From Podarcis gaigeae (taxonomy: Eukaryota): DNA of 64,000 bases. Of this stretch, positions 46,701-58,700 are shown in pieces. The notes below the pieces were generated by a model. That model ran no database searches, was not told where the DNA came from, and worked only from the letters and a program-made list of their open reading frames with translations. The DNA lies in assembly GCA_964106915.2 (NCBI GenBank), contig OZ066916.1. One strand, 5' to 3'. The translations under genes and the position numbers were made by a program. Position 1 is the stretch's first letter, and each line of letters opens with the position of its first letter.

Positions 46701-49700
46701 CTGTCTATGGGAAGCCTGCAAACAGGGTCTGGTCGGCAAAGCAGATCACATATCCAGTGTTTTCCATAGTGTTTCACTTTCAGAAGAGCTAGGAAATTTC
46801 TCTTATAGTTTCCAAGTTAATGAGTAGCAGAAGGGAAAATCCATCCTGATGCAAGCAGGCTGTTTTGGAAGGCAACCCAAATTAGAATTGCATTCCCACT
46901 AAATTTTCTTGGGTTTTTTTCTGACATTTTTGCAAAGACTGTGTCACTCCACACTTGTGATCGACAAGAAAAAACATGCATGTTGTCTCCTCCCCGAATA
47001 ATTATCAGATTCTTTACATCAAACCAGAAAATGCCACAATGATTTCTTCCCTTTTTAAAATGTTTATTAAAGAAAATGAAGGCTATTGCAGGAGCATGAA
47101 AAATCTGCCTGAGGTAGATTTCAAGTCAAAAGGTAATCATAGCAAGTCAAAAGATAATCATAGCATTATTTAAGACAGAAAAAAACAGGAATTAATCATA
47201 TTCAGCACCACATAGACTTCTCTCTTTATGCACTTCCTCAGGCTGAAGGGGAGAAAAAAAAATAAACATTATATTATGGGTGTTGTGTTTTTAGCAATTT
47301 CTATTAATTCAATTTATGTAAGTGTTTCAAAACTGGACCACACAGAAAGCTATTTGAAATTAAAATTACAAGCTCCATGAAATAATCATGGTCCTTCAGA
47401 AACTACTTGATAACTGTTGTGCATAAACATTCTGTTTTTTTCCTACTCTGCAGAATGTCATCAGATTATTCTAACACCAGCCTCCTCTTAAAATCATTCC
47501 CTCCACTCCTGGACCAGTGGAAAGGATTCAGGAAAGACTATTACCTCCCTGTCTTAGGCCTTTCTATCACCAACTTCCCTGTGGGAAGGATCTTGTTTAT
47601 TATTATTTTTGTTGATATTGTTTATTGTATTTTTTACAAATTTAATGTTACTTTTAAGTCACATGGTAAGAATGTGTGCCCCCCAAAGTCAGGATACTAA
47701 TAATAAATAAAAATTATGTCAAACACAAGTGACAGTTTAACAAAGTTTGAACTTAATATGTAAGAAGCGGGTGGCAAGAAATTCTTCCAAACACCCTGTT
47801 TTTACCAAAAGTGAGAACATCAGTTAGAATCAGCACTTAGAATTTTACCTTAACTGAGTTGGAAGTTCTCTCCTGACCTTTTGCATTTTCTGACTTGTTT
47901 TTTTCTGATGAGTCCTTATTTTCTGAAGATTGCTTCCGGGACTTCTCAAATATATTAATACCCAGGATCTGAGCTACTTTGTCAAGCTCAGATTGTTTCT
48001 TCTCTGCAGCCTCAGCATGTAACTTCAGCTGAGAAATCTCATTCATGATGTTCTCCTGTAGTTTGTTCACTTCTATTAGCAAAGGGTCTTTGTGTCCATC
48101 CTTCTCCCTACGTTTCTTCCGCAGCATCTCCCCTGAGTTGGTCAAAGTAGTGGAGTAGGAAGCATAAGAAAATCATGTTAACACATGCAAAATTATTTTG
48201 TGTACTTAAATGTGACCCACACCATTCTGTTAAGCCCAAATGCCAGAAAGTTATGTCCACATTACTGAATGCAGAACTGGCAATAATCAATACAGGATCC
48301 ACAATAATTAATTCCTGTTTAGGATAATATTTAGGGGTGCCTAAATTAGTAGAAGTAAAAATAATCCTACACTTGGTATCACCACTATAGAGCATCACAG
48401 GGGAAAATGAGGCATAAAATGAGATAAAACAGTACCTTGCTGTTTTAAAAGTCGTTCTAATTCAGTCCTGAGATAGTGCAGTTTCTTTTGTCGTGCTTCC
48501 TGTTCAGACCTCAACTTCTCTCTTTCCTCCATTACCTAGAAAGTTAATGAAGGAAACAAAGATATAAAAATACCCTCTTTCATCGACCAGTTAAAGAAAC
48601 ACTGGGATGACTCCCACTGCTTTTTCTTGAATTTGAGAAATTCCAATAATCATGTTAAAGTATCCTTGAGGATTAGTATCTGATGCAAATGCATCTCTGC
48701 TCAGAGGTTGCAGCTCATTTATTCTAAGCTGTATCTATGTTGATTTTTCAATCAAAATAAAAGTTTAATAATTAAGTAACTTTTGCTTTTCTCTCAACTA
48801 CAGAGGAAGTTCTTTGAAATGAGTGAAGGGGCTGCAGATGGAAAATGTTATTAAAAAAAATCATACACACCCCTTCCTGCTCACAGAAGCCTCCAGTCTG
48901 AAAGAATGTTCTGTCAAAGGAGGGACACAACTGGATTTTTAATTAAAATTAAGCATGCTTAAGCCCACTGAAATCAATGTGCTGCAGCACATACTAACTC
49001 TGTTGGAACGTAGCCATAATCTACCACAATGTAATAATATTTAAGCATCCATTTTTGGAAATATTTGCCTGTTTTCCTGGTGAATTTAGTCTTGTACTAG
49101 TTACTATTCTAGAATCTTATTATTTAGTAGATGTTTCTCTTCACTCCTAAATGAAGACACCAAATGCACAAATGCAACTGAATATAAAAAGAAAACCTAA
49201 AAGAGATTTTTATGAGAACCTTGCTAATTTGGGATATTTCATAGGACTGTAATCTGTTTCACTTTGTTTCAAGAATTTTAAATGCTACTTGAAACACACT
49301 AAGAAAGATGTGTCCCTGTTTCAAGTGTTTATAAGGCATCTCCTGCCACAGATTAATTGAACAGTCAAATATTTTTAAACACTGGAGGCACATTATATTC
49401 CAAAAACAGCAATCAAGATTGAAAAATAAACACAGATACTCAGCATTCTTATGCCTTTAGATTGTGTGTTGTAAGAAACAAAATTATCAAGATCATAAAA
49501 AATACTCACCTTTAGCTTCTGAGAAGCCCTATTTCTTTCATCGGATATTCTTTCTTTAACACTTTTAAGAAAAGGCTGAGAAAGCTGAGGGGATAATTTT
49601 GAGTAAGTCGTAGCACTAGGGATTTGTACAAGCACAGAGTCATCTCTCTTGGTATCGGGAGTCCCTTTGCCTGTGGAAACCGTCTCAATAACTCGGAGGT

Positions 49701-52700
49701 TGGGTCGCGTGGGATTTGATGGTACTGTCAGTGTGACAAGCCCATGTACATCTGAAAGTGTGGGGTCAGCCTGCTGAGGAGCAGCATACATGGGCCAGCC
49801 AGATGCTGCATATGCCATATAGTGTCCATATGCATCATAACCAGGAGGGGGCATTGTGGGAGATGGATAGTTTTGTGGCAGTTGAGTTGCAGTGAATGGT
49901 GAAAAGCGAGAAACTCTATACCGGGAAACCGAAGTGGAAGTAGAAGACAAATTAGGAAGAGGTGGAGCCGACGGAATTAGAGATATTGGGGGAACAGACT
50001 GTTCTGGTATGGGAGTGGGATTATTTTGCCCTACAGTTATGCTTTCTGTGTGCTCAGAATTTGAAATAGAGGGTATATCTTTAGATGGCGGGAAAGAACC
50101 AGAGGGAGAGAGAGAGTGATGCTGCCTTGATTCTGGAGAATGAGTGTCACTACGACTGCGACGCCTCTCCCTAGATTCCAATTTATGAGACGTTATTGAA
50201 TGACGATCAGGAGAACGAGATGCTTTCTTCCCATGGAGTCGTTCCTGAGTGCGGGCAGCAAGCTTACCAATTTCAGCTACCCCAATGTCAAGACCAATAG
50301 TTTTGAGCAAGTCATGAATTTTCTCATACTCTGGTCTGGATTTTCCAGGTTTTACAGAGGGATTCGCAGGAGGTGGAGAACTTTCTTTCAGGCCTTCAGG
50401 TTCTTTAACAACACTAAGTGTTGGCTTTAGAGTAGCAGGGGAATTAATGCTAGAGTCATCTTCATCATCGCCATAAAGAAACTTCTCTTCATCCTCAATG
50501 TCAGGAAAGCCACGCCTTCTCTTTTCCTGAGCACTGGTAGAATCTGCCATCATACCAAGAATGCGTGAAAAGCCACTCCCATCCTGGCTGGCTCTTTCAT
50601 GAGGAAGTAAGAAGTCACTGTGCCGGTCTTCAGGCTCTGATATGGACTCATGATAGTCTTCCTGTTTCAAAAAACTGCCGAAGTTCTGTTCGAAGGGGGA
50701 AGTGTTTTGCTGTTGGCCAGAATTTAGTTTCCAATTATGCACACTCCCTTGAGACTCTTTATTTGTAGATTCTGCAACTGCACTTTTGTTGAACTGTTTA
50801 AGGAAATTCTCCACCTCAGATGAAAAAGGAGCAATGCTGCTACGCTTCTGCGAAGGAGGGTGATCTGTAATAAGGGGAGGCTCTTTGAGAGAGGCAGAAC
50901 TGCTGGAAAAGACTTCAGGCTAAAAGAAAAAAGAAATAATTGTCATTTGTGAATACATTCAGTGATAACCAATAAAACAGACAAAACTTTGATACACCAG
51001 GATCGTAGCCAGTGGTTTAGAACAGTAACTGTCAACCGTAGGAAGGTGTGAAAGAGACACAGCAGTTCCTAAATATGCTGTTATTTTGGCATTTAAGATT
51101 CCACAACAGCAATGGTGACCTGGGTATTGTTCTGAGGGTATCTACTCCAGAGATTAAGTAAAATAAATTTACTAAAAAGCAGCAAAGTGTAACTGAGTTT
51201 AGTAAGGAGAGAAAAGAATGTAGGCCAAACCTGCACAGAAGAATCCTCCACGCGTTTCTTCAAAATGGACTTTTTGGGCATTGCTGGTGCTTCATCCGGG
51301 CTATAGAGATACCGAGGTTCAGAAGACTGCAGTGGGTTGCTCCTGTCAGGGATCATATAACCATGTCCAGGCAATTCTCGACTCAAATTTCTGCTCAGCT
51401 CCTCTTCTCTTTTTCTCCTAGCACTTTCAAGCTCGCGGAAATCCAGATATGGTGGGCTTGGGCTCCTACTAGGACTTCGCTTACGATAGTTTCGTGTCCC
51501 TGGCAGGAAACCCTGAGGCTCTATGCTCATATCAATTAGTCTGTCGTCTCTGTCATATCGAGGACGTTTGGGCTCTCGCCCTCTATCCTCTGATGAATAC
51601 GAGGACTTCCTAAGTAGTACACCATCCCTATCAGTTTCCCTTGGGAGAGCCTGTAGATGGTCATAGTTCATGCTATAGTCTGATTGGTGGAGGAAAACAT
51701 CCCTACTGTGAGAGTCCTCATTATGTCTCATACTGAAAGGACTAGAAGCATTTTCCTCACAGGAGGGATATCGCTCAAGGCTTCGAGGACGTGAAAGGCC
51801 TCTGCTAAATATTGGACCATCGGCCAAGTCATCCCTGATAAGAGAGGCACATAAGTTACAACAAAGTCAGCAACTTGGAACAGCATCCCCTAAACCCAGA
51901 GAGGCGTAAAATGCATGATTCATGCTTTGAAGCCATGATGGCTGTTCTGGAGATGCTGCATATTAAGCAATACCTTCACCACTCATTTTAGAGGTGTTGA
52001 TATTTATGACCATGAGACATGCAACATAAACAGTGTGGGAGAGCCAAGACCTGAGAGCACCTTGTTCCATGAGTGAAATTTTGCCCACAGAACTCTGGAT
52101 CCAACCAAGTATCTTTATTTTATACAGCTTTTAAGCATTAGCCTAGCAGCCACAGGCAACAACGGGCTGCATGCAGGTGAGTGAGTAGGTTAGCAGAGGA
52201 GAGACAGAGCGTTCTGCTACTTCTGAGCCCAACAGAGAAACCCAGAGGCTGCCAGAGGAGGAAAGCCTCCTCCTCTTGGCCCAGCACAGAAACACAGTGC
52301 TTTGTTCCTCCTTTGCCCTGCAGGCTAGTAATTTTTGTAAGATTATTTCCAAAATACATATACACCTTAATTGTTTTATTTTAGTTTGGACTACATACAT
52401 TAAAGTTCATTCATTCTTATGTCTGACTGACCATCCAGGGAAGCAATAACTTCATCAGGATGGAAATAGGAGAAGTGAGCAACCTAACATTACTTAGAAG
52501 TATTTTTACACCATGGCTGTTATGATTCCTCCATCATCAGCAACAATATTATAGAAGAAAACATAAGCATTTCCCCTGCTAGTATTTTCAAAACCTGCTT
52601 TCTGAGATGTCCCCCCTCCAAATGCACCCAGCATTTAGAAGACAAAATATCACTGGCCTTAACAGTTCAAAGATTTTTCAAGAAAAACAGTGAAGTTTAT

Positions 52701-55700
52701 ATAATATATGCATGTAATGTAATTTGTGAATGAACAGTGAAATGTGGTTTTGCTGATTTCTTGTGGTCTGACATTATGAGCAGCTCATCACACAAATTGC
52801 TCAAATAATCAGACCAAAGTGTCCCAACCTCAAATATGAACTGCAATACAGGACAGCAATGCCACTTTGCCAGGAGCAAATAATACAGAATTACATTCTA
52901 AGGTTTTTCACAATCTATTGTGTATATCTGCAACCAAAAGGTAGTTGGTTCCCAGGAGAATAAGGTAGATAATGGCAAATGGGACTCAACTGATGAACTC
53001 AATTATCAAACACAGTGCTCTGGTTTAGCTGTAGCACTTAAGCCACTTAAGACCCAATTACACCTAAAAATAAGTCCATAGGATCAGGATATCAATTGGA
53101 AGAGAGATTCAATCAAAATTATGTTTGTTACCAAGATTAAGTTGTCACTCTGAACTAGCTACAAACAATGGACAGTGCAAGTATCCTATATACAAATGGT
53201 AAATTCAGTTCTCCAGCATAGAAATTTACTTAGTCAAAAGAGCAGCACTGATGCACACGAGACAATTGTCAGCAGGTTCAGGAAGACCCCAAGATTTGTA
53301 GAAATACACAAAAGACTTAAGGCAAAAGAATCCAAATGACAATTGAGTATATCCAGTAGACCAGGGATGTCCAACCATTTGACCGTGATCGACTGGTCGA
53401 TCCCCAGGAGACTTGGATCGATCATGGTCGATTTTTCCTTTGTGGGGGGGAAATAATAATAAAAATAAAAATAAGTTTTATTTATATCCCGCCCTCCCCA
53501 GCCGAAGCCGGGCTCAGGGCGGCTAACAACAATAAAACAGTACAACACAACATAACACTCTAAAATCATTCATTATAAAAATAGAACCTGACCCTGGCCC
53601 CTGGCCCTGTCCTCCCCTGTGAGGCTTTTTGTTTCCTGATCAATCTTTTGGTGAGTGACTTTTCCCCCAAAAGAAAGCTCAACATTTCAGACCTGGCCCT
53701 CTAAAAAAAGCTCTTTGACTTTCCTCCATAAAAAAAATAATGACCTGAACACCCCAAAAAGGGGGTAGATCGCTGCCATATTTTTTTTCTGTGAGTAGAT
53801 CGCAGTCTCTTGGGAGTTGGTTGTCCCTGCTGTAGACAACAAATACTGACTCACTGTTGAGGGGCATGGACAGAAGGAAAATCCTGAAAACAAGTACAGA
53901 CAACTGGCACCTGAAGCATGGGCACTCAACTACAGGCCCAACTTGCGCCATCCTTGTTTTATGACTTTGCTGTTGCTTGTTATGTCTCAAAAACTCCTGT
54001 GTTTCACAAGAAATATCAGAAAAATAAAGAAAATGAAAGCAGTTTCATCCTAGAAATAGTAATTCCCACAAGAAGCACTAATTAGTAAATTTACTAAATG
54101 GGTGCTTAATTCTCTCTTAAACTTCAATTCATTTTCAGAAAGTAAATATTTCAGTTCTGTATTTGCTGTTATTGCTAACCTCTTAGATTAGAGTCCACTA
54201 AAGATAAAATGAGCAGAAAAAAATAAGTAGTACTGTCGATTGAACAATTAAAAAACTCTTGATTTCAATAAAGGAAAAATGATTAAAAACTAGCTTTGTA
54301 CTTTTTTGCCCATCTCCCACCATTCTTCTTCAGAAAAGGTTGTGTGAAATTATCTGCATACACCACACTCCTCAGATGCAGACATACCATATTTTCTGTT
54401 CCATAAGACACACTTTTCCCCTCCTAAAAAGTAAGGGGAAATGTGTGTGTCTTATGGAGTGAATGCAGGCGGGAAAAGCCCCCAAGAGCTGCACACACGC
54501 TCCGTGCGCTCTTTAAAGGGAGTGCGGCTCTTGCGGGCTTTTTTCCAAGGAGGGAGAAGGGCAGACCGTCACTGACCCTTCCCCCTCCTCGGGGGAAAAG
54601 CCCCCAAGAGCTGCACACACGCTAGGCACGGCTCTTTAAAGGGAGTGCGGCTCTTGCGTGCTTTTCTACGAGGTGGGAGAAGGACAACCTGCAAGCGCCA
54701 CACACACACTCCATGCGGCTCGTGAAACGGAGCGCTGAACAGAGCCTGGGATGCATACAGGCTCTGCTCAGCGCTACCTTTAAAGAGCCACGTGGAGCGT
54801 GTTTGCAGCTCTTTGGGGCTTTTCTCCTAGGAGGGAGAAGGGGAGTCTGTCACTGAAAGCCTGTTTACGGGGGAAAGCCTCCACACACTCCACGCGGCTC
54901 ATGAAAGGGAGCGCTGAGCAGAGCCTGGGATGAATACAGGCTCTGCTCAGCACTCCCTTTAAAAAATTTTTTCCCCCTTGCATTCCCCCTCTAAGAACTA
55001 GGTGTGTCTTATGGAGCGAAAAAATACGGTATTGTCAAAACCTCTTGTAATACTACTATTGATGCTAGCAGAGGAACACTGTTTTAAATCTATTGTTTTC
55101 CACTGTGGGCAATATTGTTTACATTCTGCAAGAGTGGTATTCTGGAAGCTTGTCCTGGGTGTTTACTAAATATTCATACCAACTAGGCCCTGCTAAAGTG
55201 ATGTTTTCATGTGAAGAGTGCAGACTGAATGAAACACACTTGTTACAAACATACACCAACAGGCCACAATTCACACTACGTGTCCTACATATAGAAGAGG
55301 CGCATAAATGACCCACCCATCCTATATAGCACTACATGTGAACAAGCACTCAGCAATTTCTTATGATTACAATCTCACTAAACTATAAATGGTCCACTCC
55401 TTCTCCAAAGCTTATTTACAACTCCTGGATCAAAGCAACTTTATTTCCTGTCACTGCAGTCAATGTTGTTGTGAACTTCTCTGAAGGATGACATTATACG
55501 TTAACTGTCTCTAAATGATTCCTCCCTTATATCCAAGTAAAATAATTAGTCATTTTCCACTGCCTTCACAAAAGCCAGCATGCCTTCCATCTGCCTTCAC
55601 AAAAGCCAGCATGACAAGAAGGAGAAAAAGTATTCATCAGATTTCATAAAAGACGCTCTCTTATTTATTTATATATACTGGGAATAAAGTACCCAGAAAA

Positions 55701-58700
55701 ACTTTACCAGCACTGCTACTACCATACAGCAGGGAAGAACAAAATTTAAATGTACCATTCCAGTCAAATGAGCTAATTAAAGAATAAAAATAAATTATGC
55801 TTCACAAGATTCTAACAAGAGAACACAAACTGCAAAAAGGATTGTTTGGGACTAAATGCAAGCTGTAAATTGACACCTATTCACTTAATTTTAAGCCTAG
55901 TTTATACTTCATAATTTGCTTTTAAGATGATATAGGTTAAACAGTAGCTGGAACCTGAGACAGTTACCTAGAAGTAAGCCCAGTGAACTCAATGGGATTT
56001 ACTTCTAATAGGCTTGCAGTATACGTTTACCAAACTTGACTACTAAATACAAGCCTGTACAAAATGGATCACTGCAATCATAGTATCACAGAACTGATGT
56101 AGATATGGCAGGCTAACTGAAGTAAGATCAGCAGCAATGGTACATAGGACAAATATGTTAATTTCAGAATCTCACCAATTTAAGCAATGGTTAAATAGTC
56201 TATCAAAATATTTTTTGAGACTGTTAGCAATTCAGCTATAAAGGACAGTCCGCTGTTACCAGCAACTGAGACACATAAAAACTTTATCCACAGTAGCTCA
56301 CCACTGAAATAAATTCTCATAAAAACTCAAGAGTGTTGATCTAGTGAGAATCTTACGTTGCCTTCAGCCAACTAGCTGTTTAACTTCCTAATTTATGCTT
56401 TTTTTATCTTCAACTTTCTCCCTTTCTAATTTATGGTACTTGGGAGTACCAATACGACATAAAAGTGAAGAAAGCAAAACATCTCTGTGAGATTCTTGAT
56501 ATATTCCATCCAATACAATTTCTATACCATCTCACAGCAAGTTGGTGATCATTTACATCACCTATGACACGAGAACTAAAAGGTGTAATTCTGAAAGGCT
56601 ATTCTTCAGAGGCATACCTGTCCAAATCACTCAGACTATCAACTGGTGAGCCTAGTCTATCAGATATTCTCTTTCTCTCAGGTGTGTCAATGCCGTAACG
56701 GTCATTGCCAACTGTGATCCGTAAATTCTGTTCCACTGAAGACTCAGAATGTCGACTTGGAGAATGCCGGCCTGGGGAACGTGAGCGCCGGCCTGGGGAA
56801 CGTGAGCGCCGGCCCGGGGAATATGAGCGCCGGCCTGTGGAATGTCTCTGCAATTGGAGAAAAATACAGTTCCATCATGCTAATTATTAGGATAGATTAT
56901 GTTATTGTTGTAAGCTGCTTTGACATCACCTTTGTTGCTTTGAAATGAAAACTAATCAAATTAAATTTAAAGAATAAGCCAAAACCACTGTGAAATTAAG
57001 CAATTTAAAGTGTCAACGCCAACTTAAATCAGACAATGCACGTCAAACTTGCACTCATCTGCACTGAAGGCATCTGTGAAAATATGTGTAGGCAATGGAA
57101 CTAGATTGACAACTTTACCATTAAGAAAATTGCAGCCAGTAATGTAGGGCAGAAAATACCCCCAGTGATGTTTGTTTCCACAGAATATTCTCACTTTATT
57201 GGAATACGGTATATTGTTTCATAAAATTAATTAGTAATAAAAGGGATGGAAAGAATAGAGTTAAATTTGGAGCATTTCAAAGTTTCAACATTTTTTTAGT
57301 TAGATGACTGTCTCTGGAAAGCATCTTCTCTCTCACATGAGAACTACGGATTTGTAGATTTGTGTGCTCAAGCATGCATGTATAAACAAGGCTTAATTAA
57401 AATCCAAAAACCAAATACAGTGGTACCTCTGGATACATACACCTCTGGTTGTGTATCCTTCGGGTTACGCACGTGGCAAACCCAGAAGTATTTTTCCGGG
57501 TTTTGCCACGTGCATGCGCAGAAGCGCTCTACCGCACCGTGTGCAGAACAGGCACCTCCAGCTGCAAATTTCTCAGGATCTGACCAGAACTCCGGAACGG
57601 ATCCCATGCACAACCGGAGGTACCACTGTAATTCAAATAAACTAAATCCAATCCCAATCAATTTAAGGCACTGAAAAAGTCTGATTCAAAATTATCCAGA
57701 AAACTCATGTAACTGCTTTGCCGCAGTACATGACTACCGGTGAATTCATGTTTATAAATATGCAATTTTATATGGGTAGTTTTATAAACTCCACCCATGT
57801 ATCACTTATGCCATGAGCAGAAATAAAACCATAATGGCAGTTTGGGGCACCTTATTCTAACCTGGAAGTGACTTATGCCCCTCTCAAGTAGGCTACTGTT
57901 CACTTCTAAGTTGGGTTTCAACTCCCCAGCTATCACAAGTTTTCAACCTTTCCTTTTCACAACACTGGGCAGCAAGTCAGCAGTCTGAATTTTCAGGAAA
58001 ATCTTTTATACAGTACTATTAATTTCCAGGACTCTTGCCTGAGTATTGTACTTTATAAATGGCCTGAGTCAATTTCACTATTTTTTAATGCCACTGAATA
58101 TTTGGGGAAAGCTCCTGTTCACTTGGTTGGGCTGATCACAAGCAGCTCTGCTCATTCTAAGCCAGAAGATCAAAAAGGACCAGTAGCAGGTTCTTACTCA
58201 TACTCTAGGAGCTTTAATGAAAGGTCCCCACAATTCTGTTCAGTTTTCTTGATCTACATATTACATCAGTGCTGTGCCCCCAGCACTATTTTCCTTAGAG
58301 CACAGGTAGCTAACCCCTGGCCTGAAGCCTCCCAAACCATTTCCCTGGCCCTCTAAAGAACCTACCAATTTGGGGAGCAAATAAGAGAGACATAACATTG
58401 GCGTGGGTGAAGTAAACAAAAAAACCACACACAGTCTAGTGCCCTGATGGCAATCCAATCAGTCCCTGCTCAGCCATCAGTCTGATAACTTGATGAACAG
58501 GGAGGTCCCTGCTGGCCTGGGGAATGTGAGGGCCAATTTGGGGAACAGCTAAGGGCCAAGGGCCTATCTGCCCTTTGTGCACATGTGAGTGTGGGCATGG
58601 AAGCGTGGGGGGGCCACATCCACCACTGGCATGAGGTCCCTGGAGTTCTGGTTAAATGTGTATGTGGCCCATGGGTTAAAAAAAAAAAAGCGCTACCCTG

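Noticed and set aside
55560-55612. Short local tandem duplications (also about 20888-20928, 60110-60152 and the TATG tract at 5068-5132)
   Set aside because: Ordinary intronic slippage products with no further structure.
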